NCBI GenBank assembly: GCA_015064695.1
Contig: SVRS01000004.1
Span: 32,557 to 96,556, forward strand
DNA: 64,000 nucleotides
Reading direction: 5' to 3'
Source of the DNA: Oscillospiraceae bacterium
GTDB taxonomy: Bacteria > Bacillota > Clostridia > Oscillospirales > CAG-272
Below, piece by piece: positions 32,843 through 41,034 of this stretch. Within the stretch, counting starts at the first letter, position 1. Each line of letters begins with the position of its first letter. A program made the position numbers and the translations under genes. The notes under the pieces were generated by a model, which saw only the letters and a program-made list of their open reading frames with translations, did no database searches and was not told where the DNA came from.

Positions 32843-33703
32843 TCACTTACCCATGATCTCGCTGAGGGTACGAACCGCCTTACGGATGTCTGCCTCGGGG
32901 GTCTCGCCGCACTCACGCTCGATGGTGAGGAAGCCCTTGTAGCCGATGTCCTCCAGAGCGGCCATGTAGGCAGGGAACGGAACGTTTCCGTCTCCCAGGG
33001 GCTTCTCTTCATAGAAGCGTACACCCTGATACTCCTGAGGAGCGGGATGCAGTACACCGTAGAGGTACTCGGGATTGCCTACCTGCAACCGCACGCCGTC
33101 CTTGGCATGGGTATGCACGATGTAGTCCTTCAGGTTGTAAACGGCCTGTACGGGGTTGTCGCCCGTGACCATGACCAGGTTGGCAGGATCCAGGTTGACA
33201 CCGACACCGCGAGTGCCGCCCAGGGAATCCAGGAACATCTTCAGGTCGGCAGAGGTCTCGGGGCCGGTCTCCACGGCGAAGCGGGCACCAATGGAATCGG
33301 CGTACTCAGCCAGCTCGTAGCAAGCGGCCTGCATGATCTTGAAGCGCTCGTGGTTGGGGTCGGAAGGAACCACGCCGATATGGGTGGTCACGATACCGCA
33401 GCCCATGTCCAGGGACATATCCAGAATGCGCTTGGACTTCTCAATCAGACCGGGGTTCAGCTCTGCGTTACCGAAGCCGTGACCCAGATCACCGCACAGG
33501 GCAGAGAAGCGCAGGCCATGGGAGGCCAGCAGATCAACCATCTCACGGCGTGCGGCCGCATTCATGTTTTCGGGAGCGTGGACACCGCTGGTGGCGTACA
33601 TCTGAATACCTTGAGCGCCCACCTCAGCGGCCTTGGCCACGGCCTCGCGGTCATCCGCCAGGCGGAAGGATTCCAGCATCACGCCAATCGGAAACTGATA
33701 CAT
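32843..33703 (-). CDS. Sugar phosphate isomerase/epimerase (xylose-isomerase-like TIM barrel)
   Basis: MYQFPIGVMLESFRL...FAVETGPET...HAKDG...GDGNVPF...LTIEREC is the typical AP-endonuclease-2/XylA-like TIM pattern. GGAGG RBS. Confidence 0.8.
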   Translation of the reverse strand: MYQFPIGVMLESFRLADDREAVAKAAEVGAQGIQMYATSGVHAPENMNAAARREMVDLLASHGLRFSALCGDLGHGFGNAELNPGLIEKSKRILDMSLDMGCGIVTTHIGVVPSDPNHERFKIMQAACYELAEYADSIGARFAVETGPETSADLKMFLDSLGGTRGVGVNLDPANLVMVTGDNPVQAVYNLKDYIVHTHAKDGVRLQVGNPEYLYGVLHPAPQEYQGVRFYEEKPLGDGNVPFPAYMAALEDIGYKGFLTIERECGETPEADIRKAVRTLSEIMGK

Positions 33704-33837
33704 AATTTTCCTCCGTTCTGCTCCGCGCAGGAGCATAAAAAATCAAATTCCGGCATGCAAGTCCGGCTTGCATTGGTTCAATTATACCATATCACCTATG
33801 AAAAATCAAGACGTTTTCGGAATTTATATCCACTTTT

Positions 33838-34302
33838 TTAGATCACGGTGATCTCCCGCAGGGTGTCGAGTCCCGTGACGATCTGGTCCTTCTCTCCAAG
33901 CCCCAGGATCTCGGTGTTTTTGTGCGTATGTCCGCTCAGCACGCACTTGATGAGAGCGGATTTACGGATATGCTCCACCATGGGAACGGTAGGCGCCTCG
34001 GGCTTGCGTTCGAACACGTCCACGGGGTGGCAGTTCTCGAAGTAGGCGTCGGGAGCGCAAAGGGAATACTTTGCCGAATCGCCGAGATGAGCGGAATAGA
34101 GGGGAATGTGCATGAACAGCAGAATGGGCTTGCCCTCTGCCTCCACCTTCAGAAGCTTCTCGAAAACGTCCTCGTCGATGTCGTAGTCACCGTCGTCCAC
34201 GCAGACGAAATTCACCCCGCCGATCTCACGGCAGGAGAAGCGGATATCCACCCCCAGGCTCTCCTCCACGGCGGCCCGGATGGTGTTCTTGATGATTTGC
34301 AT
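33838..34302 (-). pseudogene. Metallophosphoesterase C-terminal fragment (motifs IV-V only)
   Basis: 154 aa with LLFMHIPLY (motif IV) and LSGHTHKN (motif V) but no N-terminal DxH/GD metal-binding motifs. It starts 27 nt after the lepA stop. Confidence 0.5.
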
Positions 34303-34329
34303 AGTCGTGTTCTCTTTCCTGAATATTGA

Positions 34330-36153
34330 TTATTGGTCGTCGCTATCCAGGCGCAGGACCGCCATAAAGGCCTCGGGAGATACCTCCACCGAGCCCAACT
34401 GGCGCATCTTCTTCTTACCTTCCTTCTGCTTCTCCAAAAGCTTCTTTTTACGGGTGATGTCACCGCCGTAGCACTTGGCCAGCACGTCCTTACGCATGGC
34501 CTTGACCGTCTCGCGGGCGATGATCTTGGAGCCGATGGCGGCCTGGATGGGGATCTCAAAAAGCTGACGCGGGATATTCTCCTTCAGCTTCTCGGCCACG
34601 CGGCGGGCGCGAGAGTAGGCCTTCTCCTCGTGAACGATGAATGACAGGGCATCCACCTGCTCGGCATTGAGCAGGAAGTCCAGCTTCACCAGCTTGGAGG
34701 GCTCGTAGTCCAGCAGCTCGTAGTCCAGGGAAGCGTAGCCGCGGGAGCGGGATTTAAGAGCATCGAAGAAATCGTAGATGATTTCGTTGAGAGGCAGGTG
34801 ATAGTGAAGCTCCACGCGGGTCTGATCCAGGTACTTCATGTCAATGAAGGTGCCGCGGCGATCCTGACAAAGGTCCATCAGACCGCCCACGAACTCGGTG
34901 GGGGTGATGATGTTGGCCTTGACGATGGGCTCGCGAGCCTCCTTAATCAGATCGCTGGTGGGGTAGTTGGAGGGGTTGTCCACAATGATCTCCTGACCGT
35001 CGGAGAGGGTGACCTCATAGACCACGCTGGGGGCGGTGGTGATGAGGTCGAGATTGAACTCTCGCTCCAATCGCTCCTCGATGATCTCCATGTGGAGAAG
35101 GCCCAGGAATCCGCAACGGAAGCCAAAGCCCAGGGCGATGGAGGTCTCGGGCTCAAAGGAGAGGGCCGCGTCGTTGAGACGGAGCTTCTCCAAAGCATCC
35201 CGCAGATCACCGTAGCGAGCGCCGTCGGCAGGGTAGATACCCGCGTAGACCATGGGATGTGCCTCGTGGAAGCCGGGGCAGGGCTCCTTCGTGGGATTCT
35301 CGTGGAGAGTGACGGTATCGCCCACCTGGGTCTCGCTGACCGACTTGATGGAGGCGGTCAGATATCCGACCTCACCGGCCTGCAAAATCCCCGTGGATTT
35401 CAGGCCGAAGGGCTCAAGAGTACCCACGTCCACCACGTCGAAGGTGGCACCGGTGCTCATGAGACGGATCTTGTCGCCGGTCTTGAGACAACCGTCAAAC
35501 ACCCGGATATTGACCACAACGCCCAGGTAGCTGTCATAGTAGGAATCGAAAATCAAGGCCTTGAGGGGCGCGTTCTCATCCCCCGTGGGGGCGGGAATGT
35601 CGCGGACCACGGCCTCCATGACGTCTGCAATATTCAAGCCGGTCTTTGCCGACACGGCAGGGCATCCCTCGGCGGGGATGCCGATGATCTCCTCGACGTC
35701 CTCGCGGCAACGATCCACCTGGGCGGAGGGGAGGTCGATCTTATTGATGACGGGGACGATCTCCAGGCCTGCGTCCACCGCCAGGTAGGCGTTGGCCAAG
35801 GTCTGAGCCTCGATGCCCTGGGTGGCGTCCACCACCAAAAGCGCACCGTCGCAGGCGTTGAGGGAGCGGGAGACCTCGTAGTTAAAGTCCACGTGCCCGG
35901 GGGTGTCAATGAGGTTGAACACGTATTCCTCTCCGTCGGGGGCAGCGTAGTTGAGCTTGACGGCGCGGGCCTTGATGGTTATGCCCCGCTCCTTCTCCAG
36001 GTCCATGTTATCCAGCACCCGATTCTCCATCTCTCGGGCCGAGAGGGTCTGGGTCAACTCCAGTATGCGATCGGCCAGGGTGGACTTACCGTGGTCGATG
36101 TGGGCAATAATGGAGAAATTCCGAATGTGCTTCATGCGTTCACTTTGTGCCAT
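34330..36153 (-). CDS. lepA: Translation elongation factor 4
   Basis: [20 protein letters not shown]...DTPGHVDF...NKIDL... plus the LepA C-terminal domain. 607 aa. Confidence 0.95.
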   Translation of the reverse strand: MAQSERMKHIRNFSIIAHIDHGKSTLADRILELTQTLSAREMENRVLDNMDLEKERGITIKARAVKLNYAAPDGEEYVFNLIDTPGHVDFNYEVSRSLNACDGALLVVDATQGIEAQTLANAYLAVDAGLEIVPVINKIDLPSAQVDRCREDVEEIIGIPAEGCPAVSAKTGLNIADVMEAVVRDIPAPTGDENAPLKALIFDSYYDSYLGVVVNIRVFDGCLKTGDKIRLMSTGATFDVVDVGTLEPFGLKSTGILQAGEVGYLTASIKSVSETQVGDTVTLHENPTKEPCPGFHEAHPMVYAGIYPADGARYGDLRDALEKLRLNDAALSFEPETSIALGFGFRCGFLGLLHMEIIEERLEREFNLDLITTAPSVVYEVTLSDGQEIIVDNPSNYPTSDLIKEAREPIVKANIITPTEFVGGLMDLCQDRRGTFIDMKYLDQTRVELHYHLPLNEIIYDFFDALKSRSRGYASLDYELLDYEPSKLVKLDFLLNAEQVDALSFIVHEEKAYSRARRVAEKLKENIPRQLFEIPIQAAIGSKIIARETVKAMRKDVLAKCYGGDITRKKKLLEKQKEGKKKMRQLGSVEVSPEAFMAVLRLDSDDQ

Positions 36154-36167
36154 AGGGTTCCTTTCGT

Positions 36168-36260
36168 GGGAGGTGCGGAGAGCGAGGGGCTCTGCCCCTG
36201 TCCCTCGCTTAAGGAACCTTTTGCAAAAGGTTCCTTAAGAATCCTCTAAAACTTTCAAAT
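36168..36260 (+). repeat. Hairpin-plus-tail intergenic repeat R5
   Basis: GGGAGGTGCGGAGAGCGAGGGGCTCTGCCCCTGTCCCTCG + CTTAAGGAACCTTTT-G-CAAAAGGTTCCTTAAG (36208..36238) + AATCCTCTAAAACTTTCAAAT. The 5' part is nearly identical to R4. Confidence 0.6.
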
Positions 36261-36382
36261 ATCAAATATATACGCGGTGGGCATATACTGCTCCGAGTAT
36301 GATTATACCGCATTTTTGCGGATTCGGCAAGGGGTTTTGGAAAAATTTCTATGACCGACCCCATATTTTTTCATTTGGCGGG

Positions 36383-36712
36383 TCACGGTATGACAACATG
36401 CACGGGTTTTCCCTGCTTTTCGGCATATTTCACCGTGTAGGCGGTTCCCTTTGATACACCGTCCCAAATCACCAAAACCTCGTCCGCCATATCAACCATC
36501 TGCTCGTTTCGTTTTAAAGGCGCTGCTCTACGGTAGCGGTCGTATTGTGGGCGAACCACGATTTTTTGCAAGCCATGTTCGTCTGCGTACCGTTCCGCAA
36601 CAGCACCAATCCCCTTGGCACCGCCGCTGATAATCACATCGACATCATCAGAAACAAACGGCTTCAAATCAAATTTCGATATATTTCTCGATCCTGCAAT
36701 CAACAATTTCAT
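36383..36712 (-). CDS. SLOG-superfamily (DUF2493-like) small Rossmann protein
   Basis: MKLLIAGSRNISKFD...IISGGAKGIGAVAERYADEHGL...VLVIWDGVSKGTAYTVKYAEKQGKPV matches the GSR...GGA.G.D...WDG.S.GT pattern I associate with DUF2493/SLOG. The local GC looks lower than the surroundings. Confidence 0.5.
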   Translation of the reverse strand: MKLLIAGSRNISKFDLKPFVSDDVDVIISGGAKGIGAVAERYADEHGLQKIVVRPQYDRYRRAAPLKRNEQMVDMADEVLVIWDGVSKGTAYTVKYAEKQGKPVHVVIP

Positions 36713-36816
36713 ATCATTCCATCCTGTTTCGTCAATAATTGCACCCGTATAAGTGCAATCAAATTATAACATACGGCTATAATTATGTCAAGAACTTTCG
36801 GAATTATGGTGAACGT

Positions 36817-37050
36817 ATGAATAAAGAAATCGAAACAAGAATCGGACAAAACATCCGCCGCCTTCGCGAAAAGGTCAATATGACCCAGGATACCCTGGCG
36901 GCCAGACTTCAGGTAAACGGTTGTGATATTACCCGAAGCGCCGTTGCGAAAATCGAAGTCGGGCAACGGCATCTCTACCCCGATGAGCTCATGCTCATCA
37001 AGCAAATTCTGCGCGTTGAGTACGAAGACATATTTCAGATGGACGACTAA
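36817..37050 (+). CDS. XRE-family HTH transcriptional regulator
   Basis: IGQNIRRLREKVNMTQDTLAARLQVNGCDITRSAVAKIEVGQRHL. Divergent from the SLOG gene. Confidence 0.75.
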   Translation: MNKEIETRIGQNIRRLREKVNMTQDTLAARLQVNGCDITRSAVAKIEVGQRHLYPDELMLIKQILRVEYEDIFQMDD

Positions 37051-37226
37051 GCAGGGCACTTCCCCGAGGGAAACGGCTCTGCTTTTTCACATTCTGCCGT
37101 GTTTCTTTTAAAAAACGAAATTTTTGACAAGAATCTCCCCGAAAGCCCTTGATTTTTGACAAAAAATGAAGTATAATTAAACTCAATATGAACTCAACCA
37201 TAACCATCACTGAGGGAGGTTCCATC

Positions 37227-38180
37227 ATGGATCAAGAAACTACCATCGTCGAAACCAACGTAAGCGATACCCCCGCCGCAGAACCCCGCCTGCCCCGCCC
37301 CCAAAAGCGCAAGAAAAGATGGGGCGACCGCAAGGACGGCCGCCTGGTCCGCACCGCTCAGCCCATGAACAAAATGATGGCCTTCATCATGAAGGACCGC
37401 GCCGATGCCATGAACTACTTCGCAGACGAGATGGACGTCACCGAGACCGACGTCTTCTGCAAGCAAATGATTGCCAACGGCTACGAGGGCTTCAGCTTTC
37501 TCCACATCATGCTGGCGGCTTACGTCCGCGTGATCTCCCAAAAGCCCGCCCTCAACCGCTTTATCAGCGGCCAGCGCATCTACGCTCGCAACAACATCGA
37601 GGTCAACATGACCATCAAAAAGGACCTGCGGGAGGACTCCCCCGACACCTGTATCTCGGTCATCTTTGAGCCCGACGATACAATCATCGACGTTTACGAG
37701 AAGTTCAACGCCGCCGTCCTGAAGGAGAAGGAAAAGGAGGACCTGGACTCAGGCTTTGACAAGACCGCGGGAACCCTGGCTTCCCTCCCCCGCCCCATCC
37801 TCCGCGCCACTGTCCGCACCCTGTTCTGGCTGGACTACCACGGCTGGATCCCCAAGTCCCTCACCGATCTCTCCCCCTTCCACGGCAGTATGATCATCAC
37901 CTCCATGGGCTCTCTGGGCATCAAGCCCATCTACCACCATATCTACAACTTCGGTAATCTCCCCGTGTTCATCTCCTACGGCATCAAGCGCACCGCCTAC
38001 CGCCAGAAGCGGGACGGCTCCATGGAGGCCCGCCGCATGATGGACATTAAGGTGGTCACCGACGAGCGCATCTGCGACGGCTTCTACTTCGCCTCGGCCT
38101 TCAAAATGATCCGCCGCCTGGTGGAGCATCCCGCCGCCCTGCTCAAGAGGCCCGAGCAGATCTTCGAGGATATTGATTGA
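37227..38180 (+). CDS. 2-oxoacid dehydrogenase acyltransferase catalytic-domain-like protein (CAT fold)
   Basis: The C-terminal VVTDERICDGFYFASAF corresponds to the DHRxxDG catalytic motif region of E2/CAT-like acyltransferases. GGGAGG RBS before the ATG at 37227. Confidence 0.55.
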   Translation: MDQETTIVETNVSDTPAAEPRLPRPQKRKKRWGDRKDGRLVRTAQPMNKMMAFIMKDRADAMNYFADEMDVTETDVFCKQMIANGYEGFSFLHIMLAAYVRVISQKPALNRFISGQRIYARNNIEVNMTIKKDLREDSPDTCISVIFEPDDTIIDVYEKFNAAVLKEKEKEDLDSGFDKTAGTLASLPRPILRATVRTLFWLDYHGWIPKSLTDLSPFHGSMIITSMGSLGIKPIYHHIYNFGNLPVFISYGIKRTAYRQKRDGSMEARRMMDIKVVTDERICDGFYFASAFKMIRRLVEHPAALLKRPEQIFEDID

Positions 38181-38266
38181 TATTCCCCCAAAAATGAATA
38201 TGTCATTGTATAATTGCATATTTTCAAACCAACTAAAATTTTTGCGAATAAATTTTCAAAAACCCC

Positions 38267-38295
38267 TTGACAAATTCTTGACAAAGGTATATAAT
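38267..38295 (+). promoter_or_regulatory. Sigma-A type promoter of the T-box leader
   Basis: TTGACA (38267..38272), 17-nt spacer, TATAAT (38290..38295). Confidence 0.5.
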
Positions 38296-38301
38296 AGGCC
38301 C

Positions 38302-38647
38302 ATCAAAAGCGATGAGCGGAAACAAGTAGGCCGCCATGACCCGCACAGAGAACCGTCGGTTGGTGCGAGACGGAAGGGACATTTCGGCTGAATACATTCC
38401 GGGAGCTGTGTTCTCGAAGCGTCTCTCCGATCAAGAGATGCCCAGGGAACAACGGGGTTCGCCCGTTACAGCGATGAGGCATACAAGGTCTGCGGCGGCG
38501 AGGCGGCTCGTACACCCGCTCCGCGCAAGCGCTTTCCCCACGTGCCCGACGAGGTTCCCCCCTGTGAGGGGAGGAATAAATTGAGGTGGTACCGCGGTTA
38601 TAATCATACCCGCCCTCTTTCCGTCATACGGAAAAGGGGCGGTTTTT
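38302..38647 (+). promoter_or_regulatory. T-box riboswitch leader, candidate Tyr (UAC) specifier, with intrinsic terminator
   Basis: The conserved T-box sequence AGGTGGTACCGCGG lies at 38584..38597 and overlaps the 5' arm of the terminator CCGCCCTCTTTCCG-TCATA-CGGAAAAGGGGCGG-TTTTT (38609..38647). I folded Stem I by hand: GA/K-turn GCGATGAG, lower stem CGGAA/TTCCG, 5' specifier-loop side ACAAGTA, stem GGCCG/CGGCT, AGAGA bulge, distal loop GGTTGGTGCGA, and 3' specifier-loop side GAA-TAC-A (codon at 38393..38395). Confidence 0.75.
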
Positions 38648-38723
38648 GTTTTGCTATAGATCTTACGGCAAGACAGACTCCCCTTTCCGACACTTTCATT
38701 CTTTTTCGGAGGTCTCTGTCATC

Positions 38724-40349
38724 ATGTTTGTCAAGCTCGCTATGATCGTCGTATTCTTCGCCATCACCATTCTGGTGGGCATCCTCTCCGCCCGCTCTGC
38801 CAAGGGCGTGGACGGCTTCGTCCTGGGCGGCCGCTCGGTGGGTCCCTGGCTCACAGCCTTCTCCTTCGGTACATCCTACTTCTCCGCCGTCATTTTCATC
38901 GGCTACGCCGGCCGCTTCGGCTGGAACTTCGGCCTTGCCTCCACCTGGGTGGGTCTGGGCAACGCCTTCATCGGCTCTCTCCTGGCCTGGATGCTCCTGG
39001 GTCGCCGTACCCGCGTCATGACCCAGCACATCGGCAGCCGCACCATGCCCGATTTCTTCGGCCTTCGCTACAAGTCCAAGGCTCTCCGCCTGGTAGCCGC
39101 CTGCATCGTATTCATCTTCCTTATTCCCTACACCGCTTCCCTGTTCAACGGTCTCGCTCAGCTCTTCTCGGCCTCCTTTGACCTGCCCTACTGGGGCTGG
39201 GTACTCATCATGGCGGTCCTGACGGGTATTTACGTCATCGTGGGCGGCTACATGGGCTCTGCCGTCAATAACTTCATTCAGGGTCTTATCATGCTGGTGG
39301 GTATCGTGGCGGTCATCGCTGCTGTGCTTAACGATAACGGCGGTCTCATGGAGGCCATCGCCAAGCTCTCGGAGGGCTCGGCCACCACCGCCGCGGGCAC
39401 CGAGTTCAAGGGTGCCTTCACCTCCTTCCTGGGCCCCAATCCTCTCCAGCTTCTGGGTGTCGTGGTCCTGACCTCCCTGGGCACCTGGGGTCTGCCCCAG
39501 ATGGTGGGTAAGTTCTACGCCATCAAGGACGAGAGTGCCATCAAGAAGGGCACCATCATCTCCACCTTCTTCGGTCTCATCGTGGCCGGCGGGTGCTACT
39601 TTCTGGGTGGCTTCGGCCGTCTCTACGCCGACAGCATCACCATGAACGGCGCCGGCACCGCACCCGCTTCCTTCGATGCCATCATTCCCACCATGCTGAA
39701 TGCCGTGGAAAATTCCATGGGCGCAGGCGGTGCCTGGCTCATTGGTCTGGTGCTGATTTTGGTGCTGGCCGCCTCCATGTCCACCCTGTCCTCCTTGGCC
39801 ATGACCTCGGCCTCCACCATCACCCTGGATCTGGTAGCTCCCCTGTCGAAGAAGTCTAAGAGCGAGAAGGCCAATATGCTCATCATGCGAGTCCTTCTGG
39901 CGGTATCCATCATCATCGCCGCCGCCATCGCCATCCTGGTGGTGACGAACAAGGAAATGGCCTCCAAGCTCTATATCTCTGACCTCATGGGCATCTCCTG
40001 GGGCGCTCTGGCCGGATGCTTCCTGGCTCCCTTCCTGTACGGTCTGTACTGGAAGAAGACCACCAAGGCCGCCGTCTGGGCCAGCTTTGCCACGGGTCTT
40101 GGCATCACCCTCACCCAGTTCATTCTGAACGCCGTCCTCAAGGTAAGCTTTGAAAACCCCGTTCTGAGCTACTTCTGCGGCTCCTCCATCAACGCAGGTA
40201 TGCTGGCCATGCTGGTGGGTCTGATCATGGTTCCCGTCGTCTCTCTGCTGACCCAAAAGACCGCCCCCGCAGGCACCGACGAGGTGTTCGCCTGCTACGA
40301 CCGCATGGTCACGGTTCCTGTGGACACGGCACTGGAAAAGGGAGAATAA
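38724..40349 (+). CDS. Sodium:solute symporter (SSS) family transporter, T-box controlled
   Basis: Highly hydrophobic, multi-helix N-terminus ...GFVLGGRSVGPWLTAFSFGTSYFSAVIFIGYAG... typical of the SSS (PutP/PanF-like) family. It lies directly downstream of the T-box terminator. Confidence 0.8.
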   Translation: MFVKLAMIVVFFAITILVGILSARSAKGVDGFVLGGRSVGPWLTAFSFGTSYFSAVIFIGYAGRFGWNFGLASTWVGLGNAFIGSLLAWMLLGRRTRVMTQHIGSRTMPDFFGLRYKSKALRLVAACIVFIFLIPYTASLFNGLAQLFSASFDLPYWGWVLIMAVLTGIYVIVGGYMGSAVNNFIQGLIMLVGIVAVIAAVLNDNGGLMEAIAKLSEGSATTAAGTEFKGAFTSFLGPNPLQLLGVVVLTSLGTWGLPQMVGKFYAIKDESAIKKGTIISTFFGLIVAGGCYFLGGFGRLYADSITMNGAGTAPASFDAIIPTMLNAVENSMGAGGAWLIGLVLILVLAASMSTLSSLAMTSASTITLDLVAPLSKKSKSEKANMLIMRVLLAVSIIIAAAIAILVVTNKEMASKLYISDLMGISWGALAGCFLAPFLYGLYWKKTTKAAVWASFATGLGITLTQFILNAVLKVSFENPVLSYFCGSSINAGMLAMLVGLIMVPVVSLLTQKTAPAGTDEVFACYDRMVTVPVDTALEKGE

Positions 40350-40421
40350 CCCCGCCGTACACGATCCCCTCCTTCCACATATACTATGAAGGAATATCCA
40401 CATAGAAAGGAAGGTATTCCC

Positions 40422-40508
40422 ATGAAGATCGTGATCCTGCGTACCCCCTCGTTGCTTGCGCCTCTATTGAGAAAAATGTTCGGCATCCGAAAGGAGAAAC
40501 GGCCATAA
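40422..40508 (+). CDS. spoVM: SpoVM-like 28-aa sporulation peptide (not in the ORF track)
   Basis: My translation is [28 protein letters not shown]. From memory, B. subtilis SpoVM is MKFYTIKLPKFLGGIVRAMLGSFRKD, sharing MK, Pro9, Arg17, M19 and G21. GAAAGGAAGG RBS and a strong terminator at 40518..40551. Confidence 0.55.
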   Translation: MKIVILRTPSLLAPLLRKMFGIRKEKRP

Positions 40509-40517
40509 TACCGCTCC

Positions 40518-40551
40518 AAAGGGAGGCGATTCGCCTCCCTTTTTCTTTTTT
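40518..40551 (+). terminator. Intrinsic terminator after the spoVM-like ORF
   Basis: AAAGGGAGGCGA-TTCGCCTCCCTTT followed by TTCTTTTTT. Confidence 0.75.
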
Positions 40552-40689
40552 ATCGCACACGCACGGGCTCGTCGCGGGTTCACACCCCCTCCTTTGGGCT
40601 CGCGATTCGTGATTATGACAATCTCTGCTTTATCCCGCATTCGTTTGACAGACAAATTGTATAAAATATCAAAAAAATCGAAAAAACCC

Positions 40690-40718
40690 TTGACAGGAAA
40701 GGAGAGTTGTGGTATAAT
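40690..40718 (+). promoter_or_regulatory. Sigma-A type promoter for rpmG-secE-nusG
   Basis: TTGACA (40690..40695), 17-nt spacer, TATAAT (40713..40718) preceded by TGTGG. Confidence 0.5.
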
Positions 40719-40857
40719 GGCATCACCTCTGCGAAGAGTTTTTTTGTTGTGTCCGAAGCTTGCGCCACAAGACGGACACGGGCCTTCGGAGAGGGAGGTA
40801 CACGGCAGTTTCACTTCCGTGAGACTGCAAATAATTTTTATGGGAGGTGCCGATATC

Positions 40858-41019
40858 ATGGCTAATGAAGTAAGAGTCAAGGTAACTCTGGTATGCACCG
40901 AGTGCAAGCAGAGAAACTACGACACAATGAAGAACAAGAAGAACAACCCTGACAGACTGGAGCTCAAGAAGCACTGCAAATTCTGCCGCAAGCACACTCT
41001 TCACAAAGAGTCTAAGTGA
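40858..41019 (+). CDS. rpmG: 50S ribosomal protein L33
   Basis: [53 protein letters not shown]. Confidence 0.95.
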   Translation: MANEVRVKVTLVCTECKQRNYDTMKNKKNNPDRLELKKHCKFCRKHTLHKESK

Positions 41020-41034
41020 TTGGGAGGAATGAAC

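Noticed and set aside
8587-36260. The dispersed hairpin repeats (R1-R6), or the MITE copies, as a CRISPR array.
   Set aside because: The copies are kilobases apart in separate intergenic regions and occur in both orientations. There are no regularly spaced unique spacers and no cas genes.
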